Below, piece after piece: positions 42,467-52,537 of a stretch of DNA of 64,000 nt. Source of the stretch: an uncultured Veillonellaceae bacterium (GTDB taxonomy: Bacteria; Bacillota; Negativicutes; JARBTT01). A program made the position numbers and the translations under genes. How positions within the stretch are numbered: position 1 is the first letter of the stretch; each line of letters opens with the position of its first letter. The DNA is taken from NCBI GenBank assembly GCA_963805085.1, contig CAWDTA010000002.1, positions 192,001 to 256,000 on the forward strand, written 5' to 3'. Under the pieces are notes generated by a model that was given only the letters and a program-made list of their open reading frames with translations, was not told the origin of the DNA and made no database searches.

Positions 42467-43184
42467 ATTTAAACCTCCTATCAAATATTATCATTCGACC
42501 TAAATTGACAAAATCTTTTAAATATTTGTAAATATTCATCTGGCAACATAGACCACCTTATCTATTATTTTACAACGCCATTAAAATATTTGTCTAGCTA
42601 TTGTTTTATCAAAAATAAAAATCAACTAAACAGTTAAAGTAACCGCAGTTTATAATATTAGGATTTTTACATTGCATCACTAGTCAGGTAACGATTTTCT
42701 CACATTTGAATTGTTACCTATCGGAAAGTTATTTATTCTACTTACAACATTTTTATATTGCCAGAATTTTTTTACGATCCCCCTCACTATTAATTTTTGA
42801 TTATGATTAAACTAAGTTCTATTAATATAATATATGAAAAAAAATAAAAAAAAAGCGTTTTTTGTAAAAAATAAAAAAAATTTTTAATTTTCTTATAAGT
42901 ACTCACAGTGTAACAGTTTGGAAGATCAAACATATCCTATATAGTCATTTCTTTTTTTCAAGCCAGCACCTTATTTTATTCATCCAAAGTAAAAATTTAA
43001 CTGCTTTTTAACACTACAAAACCGATTAACGCACTATATATTTATAGTGAATGGTGTTTCAAAAATAAACTATGCATACACGCGATTCTTTGATAATAGA
43101 CTATCCAAGTCACGCGTTAATTTTCAAACCTTCTAATGCATGACCCATTTGAATGGTTAATATATTAAATACGGAGTGTGATTT

Positions 43185-44216
43185 ATGAATAACACCTTTG
43201 AAAACATCCATAAAATATTAATTGTTATGATTGCCCACATGGGGGATGTCGTATTGGCGACACCTGTTACTCGATCCCTAAAAAAGAAATTTCCTTCGGC
43301 AACCATTGATCTATTGGTTCGTCCGCTTGCCGAAGATGCCGCAAGGCATAACCCTTATATTGATCATGTCATTGTATCTGAACTAGATAATTGGCAAGAA
43401 AACAAACAGGAGCTCCCCTCGCTCATCCATTTATTGCAAAATAAAACCTACGATCTTGCGTTATCCTTAAACTCAGATTCCATCGGTTCTATGCTAATCG
43501 GGCTCAGTGGTGCTCGTTATCGAATTGGCTATGACAACGATTCGCAAGCAGAATTTTTCACCCATACAATAACAGCACCGAAAAAAATAATACATGAATC
43601 GGTAAAACAACTTGAACTGTTAAAACCCCTCGGTCTTATTCATCAAGATTCCCACATTGAGTTTAATGTATCTGACAATGAAATGGCTAGCCTTGATCAA
43701 AAATTAACTTTAGCCAAAACAAAATCGATCGTCGTTCTCTGTCCTTTTAGCAGCCATTTGCATAAAAATTGGCTACCAGATCGCTGGGTTACGCTAATAA
43801 AACGCTTATCGAAAAAAGCGCAATGCATACTCATCGGCAGTGAGCAAGAGTTACCCGACATGCAAGCGATCAATACCAAGGCAAATGATGTCGCACACAT
43901 TGCCGCTGGAAAACTAACGCTCGGTGAATCAGCGGCTTTAATAAAAATCGCAAAGCTTTTTATCACCGTTGATACCGGCCCTATGCATATTGCACAAGCA
44001 TTTGAAACACCTGTTATCGCTTTAATGGGCCCTACGCATTCTAGAGTCTGGGGTCCACGCAATCGTCACGACATTGTCATTCGCTCACTAAAATGTTCGT
44101 GTGCCCCTTGTTGGCAAGTTTATAAATGCTATTATAACCTTGAATGTGTAAGCCACAGTTGTATGACCCAAATCACCACCGAAGAAGTGATAAAAGCTGC
44201 GGAGTCCAGATTATAA
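43185..44216 (+). CDS. Glycosyltransferase family 9 (LPS heptosyltransferase-like)
   Basis: HMGDVVLATP, DTGPMHIA, MGPT. Confidence 0.9.
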   Translation: MNNTFENIHKILIVMIAHMGDVVLATPVTRSLKKKFPSATIDLLVRPLAEDAARHNPYIDHVIVSELDNWQENKQELPSLIHLLQNKTYDLALSLNSDSIGSMLIGLSGARYRIGYDNDSQAEFFTHTITAPKKIIHESVKQLELLKPLGLIHQDSHIEFNVSDNEMASLDQKLTLAKTKSIVVLCPFSSHLHKNWLPDRWVTLIKRLSKKAQCILIGSEQELPDMQAINTKANDVAHIAAGKLTLGESAALIKIAKLFITVDTGPMHIAQAFETPVIALMGPTHSRVWGPRNRHDIVIRSLKCSCAPCWQVYKCYYNLECVSHSCMTQITTEEVIKAAESRL

Positions 44217-44366
44217 TGCAAGGTAAACCATTTGCGGAAATGCAACTACTTTAAATTCATTTTCACTGAAAGCAGGAAACTACCCTTAATGCTCGAATAT
44301 CTCGAATATTAAGGTTTTACCTAGGAAATCTTAACAATAAAATGCAATAACTTGGAGGAACAGGAT

Positions 44367-44648
44367 ATGCTTAAAACAAATACGTATTTTGATAACAATG
44401 TTGTATCCATCGGTTTTGAAAATCAAGATGGTCCAGCAACTGTTGGCGTTATGGAACCTGGTGAGTATGAGTTCGGCACGGCAAAAACCGAATATATGAC
44501 CGTTATCAGTGGCAGTATCTCAGCAAGATTACCTGGTGAGGATCATTTTATGAACTACACCCCAAACCAAACCTTTATCATCGCTCCGAATAGTAAATTT
44601 CAAGTGAAAATTACAGAACAAACTGCTTATCTATGTCTATATAAATAA
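44367..44648 (+). CDS. ppnP: Pyrimidine/purine nucleoside phosphorylase PpnP (DUF1255)
   Basis: NTYFDNNVVSIGF..ATVGVMEPGEYEFGT..AYLCLY. Confidence 0.85.
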   Translation: MLKTNTYFDNNVVSIGFENQDGPATVGVMEPGEYEFGTAKTEYMTVISGSISARLPGEDHFMNYTPNQTFIIAPNSKFQVKITEQTAYLCLYK

Positions 44649-44662
44649 CGATTAAGATTAAC

Positions 44663-44870
44663 AGAAGGCTGTTCACAAAGAAAATTTTGTGAACAGCCTT
44701 CAGATTGTAGACATACTACGGACAGACAGGCCGCGGGTCGGCGATAAGCAGTCTATCTTCGTACTAGTTTATAATTGGAGCGGATTTGGATATTTTCTAA
44801 ATCATCGACACAAATATTTTATTTTGTCGACAGTCTGAAGGCTGTTCACATCTTTTGTGAACAGCCTTCT
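44663..44870. mobile_element. MITE (44701-44837) inserted in, and flanked by two copies of, a terminator hairpin
   Basis: Ends CAGATTGTAGACA/TGTCGACAGTCTG; hairpin GAAGGCTGTTCACA..TGTGAACAGCCTTC on both sides. Confidence 0.7.
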
Positions 44871-44886
44871 TCATATTTCATACGGT

Positions 44887-45960
44887 TTATTTATTATATT
44901 TTTCCAATGCCACAACTGCATCATAAAGCATTTGTTTTGTTACTTTATAAGGAGTCCGAGCAAATTCAGGACTTTTCTCTGTTTCTGTAAGTACCGCATC
45001 CATTTCAGCAAGCGTAACATCGATATCCGAGAGTTTCGTTGGCAAGCCAACACTTTTGCAGAAATTAAAGATACGTTTCAATTCCTCTGTTTGTTTATCA
45101 CACATTAAAAGTACCAATACACCATAGGCAACAACTTCGCCATGCAAATGTTTTTCTTCAATTTGCGGAAGCATCGTAATCGTACAAAATAGTGCATGAG
45201 CAATATGAGCATTATAATCGTGCGCAACGAAATTTGAAACCATCCCCGTGCTGACAGCAATCGCTAACATAACTTGTTCTAATTCATAGCTAACTATCTT
45301 TTTTTCATTATCTTTTAATGCTTTTTCCCCATATTTTACAATTGGATCAGCACACATTTGACTAATCATGACCCCCATCGCACTCGAATGGTCTAGTTCT
45401 ACATTCCTAGCGGAAATAGTAGCTTCGTAATATTTAGCAATCGTATCGCCCATCCCCGCCCACAAATATTGTTTTGGCGCTTCAGCCGCAATTTTTGTAC
45501 AAATAAAAGCATGTACTGGTGGAATCTTTGAAAAGGATAACTCACGAAATAAGCCATTCAGATGATATACTACCCCTAGACTCGTTAAACAAGCACAATT
45601 GCTGGCAATCGTTGGGAACGTAAAAAATGGTTTTTCTATCGCATGAGCTAAAATTTTGCAAGTATCTATTGCCTTCCCACCGCCAATGGCAAAAATCATA
45701 TCCGCGTCTTGCACACTTTTACGCTCTTTTAATTTTTCAACATTTTCATAAGCCGCCTCGCCACCGAACCAAATAAATTCATCAATTTCAAGTCCAGTGC
45801 CTTCAACTGCTTGCAATAATAATTCTTTTGCTTTGGTCATCGCAGTTTTACCACCAATAGCAACTACCTTCGTACCATATCGCGGACAAATATCCTTTAC
45901 CTTATCATAAGCCTGCTCACCAATGGTGTAGCTAGGAAAAATCACACTATATTCACTCAT
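44887..45960 (-). CDS. Iron-containing alcohol dehydrogenase, glycerol dehydrogenase-like
   Basis: AIGGGKAIDTCK, PTIASNCA, AGMGD, HLHGEVVAYG. Confidence 0.85.
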   Translation of the reverse strand: MSEYSVIFPSYTIGEQAYDKVKDICPRYGTKVVAIGGKTAMTKAKELLLQAVEGTGLEIDEFIWFGGEAAYENVEKLKERKSVQDADMIFAIGGGKAIDTCKILAHAIEKPFFTFPTIASNCACLTSLGVVYHLNGLFRELSFSKIPPVHAFICTKIAAEAPKQYLWAGMGDTIAKYYEATISARNVELDHSSAMGVMISQMCADPIVKYGEKALKDNEKKIVSYELEQVMLAIAVSTGMVSNFVAHDYNAHIAHALFCTITMLPQIEEKHLHGEVVAYGVLVLLMCDKQTEELKRIFNFCKSVGLPTKLSDIDVTLAEMDAVLTETEKSPEFARTPYKVTKQMLYDAVVALEKYNK

Positions 45961-46118
45961 CTATCAAATACCTCATTCATCCTCTATTTCCAATTTATCA
46001 GCAACCATATCTGTGTACTTACAATTGAATAATGATTATAGTCTATCATTGAAAAAAAAGAATAGCAAGACTCTTTGTTTACAAGATTACAATAAAATCA
46101 TTTTTTCTTCATCTTATA

Positions 46119-46217
46119 TTACGAATCATTGACGATGCCCAAAAAAGATAATTCCAAAGTAAACTCTGCCGCTTTCACGTACAGCGGAATACTTTTAACG
46201 ATAAAATCAAAATCCAT
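46119..46217 (-). pseudogene. N-terminal remnant of an amino-acid (cystine-type) ABC permease
   Basis: MDFDFIVKSIPLYVKAAEFTLELSFLGIV then stop; resembles HisM/TcyL-type N-termini. Confidence 0.55.
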
Positions 46218-46344
46218 TTCAACCCGTCCCTAAATTTTATTTTTAATTCGTAAAACATATTATATATATGTTTTATTTTTTCTTTTGTCTATTGTATTCT
46301 TATTTTTGTCAACACTTTTCATATATGTTTAGTATGAATTACTA

Positions 46345-47060
46345 TAATCAAAACCACCCGTCCAACGGGTGGTTTGAACTGAGGCTGTAAGCCTCTATTA
46401 CTAGCCAGCGTCTAAAGGCGCTGGCTTTCACTTTGTTCAAGCCACTGTGGTTTTGTCATTTTTACTATCCCTCAAGGGATATTTGTACTATTTTACTTTT
46501 TACCCTTAAAAGGGTCTTCATATTCTCTAACACTTAATTTATCTAGTGCCTGATCATGTTTTTCTTGCTCTTGTATATATTTTTTTATAGTGGCTTCATT
46601 CAATCCTACTGTACTTACATAATATCCTTCTGCCCAAAAATGTCTGTTCCCATATTTATACTTTAGGTTACTATGCTTTTCGAATATCATCAGTGCACTT
46701 TTTCCTTTTAAGTATCCCATAAATGCAGATACACTAATTTTCGGTGGTATTGACACTAACATATGCACATGGTCTACCATCAAATGCCCCTCTAATATTT
46801 CTACCCCCTTGTAACTACATAATCTCCTTAATATTTCCCCTATACTTTCTCTGTATTGCCCATATATTATTTTTCTTCTATACTTCGGCGTAAATACTAT
46901 ATGATACTTGCACATCCATTTGGTATGTGCTAAACTTTGAGCCATAAACTCACCGATCCTTTCTTGTAATAGTGGCCTGAACACCCTCTATTATAAGAAT
47001 CCGGTGAGTTTTTGTATAACTTCTGTCGCGCACCTGCATAGCAGGTGGTTTTTTGTTTCG
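46345..47060 (-). mobile_element. IS200/IS605-family insertion sequence (tnpA only); ends approximate
   Basis: Subterminal hairpins AACCACCCGTCCAACGGGTGGTT (46352-46374) and CACCTGCATAGCAGGTG (~47032-47048) flank tnpA. Confidence 0.8.
46493..46945 (-). CDS. tnpA: IS200-family Y1 transposase
   Basis: CKYHIVFTPKYRRK, HUH DHVHML, FWAEGYYVSTVG, catalytic YIQEQ. Confidence 0.95.
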   Translation of the reverse strand: MAQSLAHTKWMCKYHIVFTPKYRRKIIYGQYRESIGEILRRLCSYKGVEILEGHLMVDHVHMLVSIPPKISVSAFMGYLKGKSALMIFEKHSNLKYKYGNRHFWAEGYYVSTVGLNEATIKKYIQEQEKHDQALDKLSVREYEDPFKGKK

Positions 47061-47146
47061 TTCGCTTCGCTACCTCAACAGACTAAAGTCTAAATAAAAA
47101 GGCTAATGCAATTTGTTTCGCATTAGCCTTGGTTTATTTACGGCTA

Positions 47147-47998
47147 TTATTTTAAATTTAAAGCTTTGATTAAGCTTGGCAGATTCGCTTCAAAATTTAC
47201 ACCAAAACGAATATCCGTACCAGCGGCTTTCGTCCACTCGATGCTCTTCACTGTAAAATTTACAGCAATTTGTGTTGCTTCATCTAGTGCGACACCATTT
47301 AGCAAAGCTCCCAGCAAGGCACTACCAAATACATCACCAGTACCATGATAATACCCTTCTACACGATCAGCCAGTGCATAGCCAACAACACCTGTTTCTT
47401 TATCATACGTTGCTGCTCCAAGTTTTTTATCATCAAAATATACACCAGTTAGCACCACTTGTTTGGGGCCTAAGTCTGCTAATTTTTTAAGCAAATCTTT
47501 AATATAGTCTTTCGTGTATGGACCCTCTTTATATTCTTCTTTGAGCATTAATACTGCTTCGGTGATGTTGGGAACAATCACATCGGCTTTGCCACATAGT
47601 TTTTTCATACCTTCTGGGAAATTTTGCGGAAACGATTGATAAAGTACGCCATTATCCGCCATAACCGGATCAACCAAGATTAAACTATCTTCGTTTCTGA
47701 AATCATCAAAGAACTTTGCCACAAGCTCCAATTGCTCAAAGGAACCAAGATACCCCGTGTAAATAGAATCAAAAATAAGGTCTAACGTTTTCCAATGCTC
47801 AGCAATGGGTGTAATATCTGCAGTTAAATCGCGATAAGTAAAACCAGTGAAACCTCCGGTATGTGTAGATAATACAGCTGTCGGCACGACGCTACATTCT
47901 ACTCCAGATGCGGAGAGGATTGGCAAAGCCACGGTTAATGAACATTTACCGAAACAAGAAATATCATGAATTGCTGCTACTCTTTTTTGTTTTAACAT
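47147..47998 (-). CDS. pdxK: Pyridoxal/pyridoxamine kinase
   Basis: HDISCFGKCSL, LSTHTGG, VDPVMADNG, GTGDVF. Confidence 0.85.
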   Translation of the reverse strand: MLKQKRVAAIHDISCFGKCSLTVALPILSASGVECSVVPTAVLSTHTGGFTGFTYRDLTADITPIAEHWKTLDLIFDSIYTGYLGSFEQLELVAKFFDDFRNEDSLILVDPVMADNGVLYQSFPQNFPEGMKKLCGKADVIVPNITEAVLMLKEEYKEGPYTKDYIKDLLKKLADLGPKQVVLTGVYFDDKKLGAATYDKETGVVGYALADRVEGYYHGTGDVFGSALLGALLNGVALDEATQIAVNFTVKSIEWTKAAGTDIRFGVNFEANLPSLIKALNLK

Positions 47999-48046
47999 AT
48001 TGTAATCCCCCTAAAGCTGTACTATAAATTTATCTAAAGCAAATAA

Positions 48047-48083
48047 TGCATTTTATGGCTGTGTTTTTTTTGAAACACACTCT
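48047..48083. repeat. Dispersed ~37-bp repeat, second copy at 52462-52498
   Basis: TGCATTTTATGG(C/T)TGTGT(T/G)TTTTTTGAAACACACTCT. Confidence 0.7.
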
Positions 48084-48190
48084 GTTACAAACTATATTTT
48101 ATTGTCCAATATCTCAGCTGTCAACGCAAAATCCTTGATTGTATCGATACAATATGAAGTATATTTTTAGCATGCTCTCTGTGTATTAAA

Positions 48191-49540
48191 TTATACCCTA
48201 ACGATTCGCCCAGCTTTTTCTCCTGTAAATCCGCCTTGATCAACGGCAAATCTTCCATTGACTAAAACATATTCTATCCCCGTTGGCTTCGCATCAGGCT
48301 TGCCTCGATCGGGAAAATCGGCGTTATCCTTTAAATGCTCAAAATCAAACAACGTAATATCAGCGTCACTACCGACTTTAATGACGCCTTTACGAGCAAA
48401 ACCAAATGTTTTCGCTGGTAGCAAAGTCGCTTTAGTCACCGCTTCAATCAGGCTCAAATCTCGACGTTCTTTGACCATTTCCTTAAAGTACTTAGGAAAA
48501 GAACCAGCAATTTGTGGATGCCCTTCCCCCTTTTTATAGGTTCCGATATCCGTCGACGGCATCGCATAGCTTTTCTTTAATGCTGGATAAATCTCCGCTT
48601 TATTCCCCATAAAACAGATAACCGACTCATTGGGATAGTGCTTCCGCATTTTCAGATATAGCTCTCGATCTAAACGTTTTCCGAGATATTTACCACTCGC
48701 CACAACCATATCGCTAAACCGCATTTCATTATCAGCAATCGTTTGTTCATCAAACGTTGCCGTGCCGATAAAGGTCGTCCAATCGGTATACATCCCACTA
48801 TCTATTTTGACATCAATTCCATTCTCAATCGCTTGATCGATGATCTGGAGTGCTTCCTCCATAATCCCTGTACCATATTGATAAACAAAATGTGAAATCA
48901 ACAGTCTGACACCAGTCCGCTTCGCAACTGCCAATACCTCAAACAAAGAATATAAATCATTTTGCGTAAATAGCCGCGTATGAATCGGCATAACACGGTT
49001 AAATTCGGCACATACATTAGCCAACGCTGTAATTTCAACGAAGGATGCCCCTGGTGAGTAATCTAGTCCAAACGAAACGCCACAAGCACCAGCTTGGAGT
49101 GCGGTGCGAGTTAGTTGTTCCATTGCCGCAAATTCTTCTGGCGAGGCCTGACGATAAGGATCTGCTATGCCAACGGCTTGCCTTAGTGAAAAAGAATGCC
49201 CGATCAATTCCGCTTGATTGATTACAAAACCATCTCGCATTTGTCTCGCAAAGAAATCAGCTATATCCACTGGACTGAGCCCACAATTCCCGCCAACAGT
49301 CGTTGTAATTCCCTGACAAGCCGATAGTTCTCCACTATATGCATAGCCATCAACATGACCATGCACATCAATAAAGCCCGGACTTGCAATGAGGTTCTTG
49401 GCCTCAATTGCTCTGGTTGCAATTAAAGTGTCGGTCGTCAAGAGTACAACTTTGCCATCTTTTATGCCGATATTTATTTTTTTCTCTACACTTTTTTCTG
49501 TGTCAATTACGACTGCATGATTAATTGCAACGTCCAACAT
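48191..49540 (-). CDS. Amidohydrolase, N-acyl-D-amino-acid deacylase-like
   Basis: PGFIDVHGH, QGITTTVGGNCG, HPQIAGSFPK, GSDADITLFD. Confidence 0.85.
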   Translation of the reverse strand: MLDVAINHAVVIDTEKSVEKKINIGIKDGKVVLLTTDTLIATRAIEAKNLIASPGFIDVHGHVDGYAYSGELSACQGITTTVGGNCGLSPVDIADFFARQMRDGFVINQAELIGHSFSLRQAVGIADPYRQASPEEFAAMEQLTRTALQAGACGVSFGLDYSPGASFVEITALANVCAEFNRVMPIHTRLFTQNDLYSLFEVLAVAKRTGVRLLISHFVYQYGTGIMEEALQIIDQAIENGIDVKIDSGMYTDWTTFIGTATFDEQTIADNEMRFSDMVVASGKYLGKRLDRELYLKMRKHYPNESVICFMGNKAEIYPALKKSYAMPSTDIGTYKKGEGHPQIAGSFPKYFKEMVKERRDLSLIEAVTKATLLPAKTFGFARKGVIKVGSDADITLFDFEHLKDNADFPDRGKPDAKPTGIEYVLVNGRFAVDQGGFTGEKAGRIVRV

Positions 49541-49558
49541 ACCAACGCATCCTATCTA

Positions 49559-50434
49559 CTAAATATTACTCGAATCATCAATACCAATAATACCACTTTT
49601 TTGCGCCAATGACCTCTGTTTCCACTGGTTAAGCCACTTTAGCAGTTCTTTTCGTTCTAACGGCTTTGGTACACTATATGCCGCCTTCATCTCGATGATT
49701 TTTTTTGCGAGCATCATCATCATCTCAGTTGCCGCGCTATCTGGATAAGCCGCGAGCACAGTCTTGCCAGCAAGTTCACTATGCTCAATTTTTTGAAAAT
49801 AGTCCAAATAAGCAATCTCTTCTAAATGAATGGCTTCTGCATATGCCGTTAATTGAGGTCGGGCTGGATAAACGTCCGCAAAATTCACCAATAAACCAAT
49901 CGGCAATAGCTTCTGCTTACTCGCCCGTACAATGCCAGCAATCATACTATTAGCTGTTACAAGTGCAGGAATACTGCTATTCGTCACAACGATACATTTT
50001 TGCATGACGCCATCGCGCATCGGCAAAATAAAACCAGTGCAAGGAATATCCCCAGAAATATCATACAAAATATAATCTAACCCTAGATTGTCAATTGTCC
50101 CTTGGCTTTCTAACATTTCATCAATAATATGAATTCCTCGCGCCATACAACCCACGCCTGGTTCTAAACTACCCAATTCAAGGCAATAAGCTCCCGCCGG
50201 TGATTTTATAATATACTCTTCTATTTTAATCGTGTACTTTTTACGATATTCCTCTAATGCAGGTGTAACTTCTGCTTCACCGCGCAATAATAGTGTAGAG
50301 CTTAAACTAATGTCATTACCAACCTGCAATACTTTGTAGCCTTGCTTTGCTAAGGCTGCACTTACGTTAGCAGTGATTACCGATTTGCCAATACCACCTT
50401 TACCTAAAAAACAAATACGCTTTGTTCTTTTCAT
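49559..50434 (-). CDS. NifH/BchL-like (nitrogenase Fe-protein-like) ATPase
   Basis: GKGGIGKS; both cluster cysteines EPGVGCMARG and DISGDIPCTGF. Confidence 0.85.
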   Translation of the reverse strand: MKRTKRICFLGKGGIGKSVITANVSAALAKQGYKVLQVGNDISLSSTLLLRGEAEVTPALEEYRKKYTIKIEEYIIKSPAGAYCLELGSLEPGVGCMARGIHIIDEMLESQGTIDNLGLDYILYDISGDIPCTGFILPMRDGVMQKCIVVTNSSIPALVTANSMIAGIVRASKQKLLPIGLLVNFADVYPARPQLTAYAEAIHLEEIAYLDYFQKIEHSELAGKTVLAAYPDSAATEMMMMLAKKIIEMKAAYSVPKPLERKELLKWLNQWKQRSLAQKSGIIGIDDSSNI

Positions 50435-50548
50435 TTGGCTTCACCTCTTACTACTAAAACTTCTCGCAAAAGCTTCATTTTCCTTTATAAACGTAGAAAA
50501 GGAGTTGACACAAAGATAAACTCTGTGGCAACTCCTTCTCTTTATCCG

Positions 50549-50674
50549 ATGACTAAACCGCTCTAATACTCCCGTCTTCTGCAAGCAAGAGTAAAAAGCG
50601 GCTAAGTCCCTGGATAATTGCGACTAAGGCTTAGATGGATTCAAAGCCTCCACCTGAGCCAAGTCTCCATTTAT
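50549..50674. repeat. Two-hairpin intergenic repeat/MITE-like element
   Basis: GACTAAACCGCTCT..AGCGGCTAAGTC and GACTAAGGCTTAGATGG..CCACCTGAGCCAAGTC stems. Confidence 0.5.
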
Positions 50675-50696
50675 GTTAAGAAATTGGGGAGCAAAA

Positions 50697-51629
50697 TTAT
50701 TCAGCGAATAAAGGTGTAGAAAGATATCTTTCACCTGTATCTGGCAGTAAAACAACAATTGTTTTACCTTTATTTCCAGGGCGTTTTGCAACTTCTACAG
50801 CTGCCGCCACTGCAGCACCAGAAGAAATACCTACCAATACACCTTCTGCTTGTGAAACTGCTTTACCAAATTTAAATGCAGTTTCATTTTCAACAGCGAT
50901 AATTTCATCATAAACTTTTGTATTTAATGTGTCAGGAACAAAACCTGCACCAATCCCTTGAATTTTATGAGGGCCAGCAGTTCCTTTTGATAATACAGGA
51001 GATGTTGCTGGTTCTACAGCGATTACTTTCACTTTATCATTTTTAGATTTTAAGTATTCACCCACACCAGTCAAAGTACCACCAGTACCAACACCAGCAA
51101 TAAATATATCCACTTTACCTTCTGTATCTGCCCAAATTTCTGGACCAGTCGTTGCTTTATGAGCTGCTGGATTTGCTTGATTGGTAAATTGTGAAGGAAT
51201 GTAGGAATTTGGCGTTTCAGCTGCCAATTCTTCTGCCTTGGCAATTGCCCCTTTCATACCTTTTACACCATCGGTAAGAACTACCTCAGCGCCATATGCT
51301 TTTAATAGATTTCTTCTTTCTACGCTCATTGTTTCAGGCATAGTAAGAATGATTTTGTAGCCACGAGCTGCTGCTACACTTGCCAAGCCGATACCAGTAT
51401 TACCACTAGTAGGTTCAATGATCACAGAATCTTTATTCAGTAATCCTTTTGCTTCTGCATCATCAATCATTGCTTTGGCAATCCTATCTTTAACACTACC
51501 TGCTGGATTGAAATATTCTAATTTCGCTAGAATCGATGCTTCTAACTCATTTTCTTTTACGAAATTATTTAGTTCTAATAAAGGAGTCCCGCCGATTAAT
51601 TCTGTAATACTTTGATACACTCTTGCCAT
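50697..51629 (-). CDS. cysK: Cysteine synthase A
   Basis: [45 protein letters not shown]. Confidence 0.95.
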   Translation of the reverse strand: MARVYQSITELIGGTPLLELNNFVKENELEASILAKLEYFNPAGSVKDRIAKAMIDDAEAKGLLNKDSVIIEPTSGNTGIGLASVAAARGYKIILTMPETMSVERRNLLKAYGAEVVLTDGVKGMKGAIAKAEELAAETPNSYIPSQFTNQANPAAHKATTGPEIWADTEGKVDIFIAGVGTGGTLTGVGEYLKSKNDKVKVIAVEPATSPVLSKGTAGPHKIQGIGAGFVPDTLNTKVYDEIIAVENETAFKFGKAVSQAEGVLVGISSGAAVAAAVEVAKRPGNKGKTIVVLLPDTGERYLSTPLFAE

Positions 51630-51683
51630 TATAAAACCCTCCAATAATTTTTTATTTTAAATTTAAATAATAAATAAATTTAG

Positions 51684-51845
51684 AAAACATATATGATTAG
51701 TATGGTTTGAATTATATACTCACTTTCTCGTGATGTCAATAGTTTTTTAGAAATAAAAAGTTAATACATATAGGGTAGGTATGTCATTGACATTTTAATC
51801 TAAGTACAGTATTATGAAATAAAACATATATTATTAGTATGAAAT
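51684..51845. promoter_or_regulatory. Three CATA-N9-TATG dyads in the cysK/Rrf2 divergent region
   Basis: CATAtatgattagTATG (~51688), CATAtagggtaggTATG (~51767), CATAtattattagTATG (~51825). Confidence 0.65.
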
Positions 51846-51857
51846 GAGTGATTCTAT

Positions 51858-52304
51858 ATGAAAATTTCTGCAAAAGGTCGTTATGGTCTAGCAGCAATGA
51901 CACACATCGCCCAAAATTGTCAAAATGGCGATCCAATTACTATTATTAGTATTGCCGAAAAGCTCGGTATTTCAAAAATTTATTTAGAGCAAGTTTTTTC
52001 TTTGTTAAAAAGGGCTGGTCTTGTTCTTTCCATTAAAGGAGCACAAGGTGGTTATCAACTCGCGACTGAACCAAAAGAAATCACAGCATTTGCTATTTTA
52101 TCCGCTATTGAGCTTGCTTTATTTGAAGCAGCAGAATCGACAGTAAAAGAAAAAGCTGCAGCAATTGATGAAGCCATGCAACTTACTGTTTTTAATGCGA
52201 TTGATCAAGCACTCGAAACTACATTAAAAAATATTACGTTAATTGACTTAGTAAACGAAGTAGAAAAACACAAAGAAAAAGATAATCTCATGTACTTCAT
52301 TTAA
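51858..52304 (+). CDS. Rrf2-family regulator, CymR-like (no Fe-S Cys triad)
   Basis: MKISAKGRYGL, ISKIYLEQVFSLLK, SIKGAQGGY; divergent from cysK. Confidence 0.85.
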   Translation: MKISAKGRYGLAAMTHIAQNCQNGDPITIISIAEKLGISKIYLEQVFSLLKRAGLVLSIKGAQGGYQLATEPKEITAFAILSAIELALFEAAESTVKEKAAAIDEAMQLTVFNAIDQALETTLKNITLIDLVNEVEKHKEKDNLMYFI

Positions 52305-52337
52305 GATATAGTATGTCTAAAAAAGAGTAACTATATC

Positions 52338-52461
52338 AGAGACTGTTACAGAACACCCATCTGCGTTGCTCATCCTGCGAGCACTCGCTCAACGTACTTA
52401 TCGTACGCCCTCGCTCGCATTCTCGCCCTTCCTAGCATTTGGGCATCTTGTAACAGTCTCT
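52338..52461. mobile_element. MITE-like element with 13-bp terminal inverted repeats
   Basis: AGAGACTGTTACA...TGTAACAGTCTCT with a GC-rich self-complementary interior. Confidence 0.65.
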
Positions 52462-52537
52462 TGCATTTTATGGTTGTGTGTTTTTTGAAACACACTCTAT
52501 CACAAATAAAGTAACTGAATTAAAGGAGAATATAACT

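Noticed and set aside
28239-50434. Nitrogen fixation inferred from fixABCX plus a nifH-like gene
   Set aside because: No nifDK/ENB in the window; the fix genes sit in an acyl-CoA operon and the NifH-like protein is divergent.
50480-50690. SAM or T-box riboswitch upstream of the nifH-like gene
   Set aside because: No S-box (ATCnAGAG..GCAACC) or T-box (GGTGGnACCGCG) consensus on the minus strand; looks like a hairpin repeat plus terminator.
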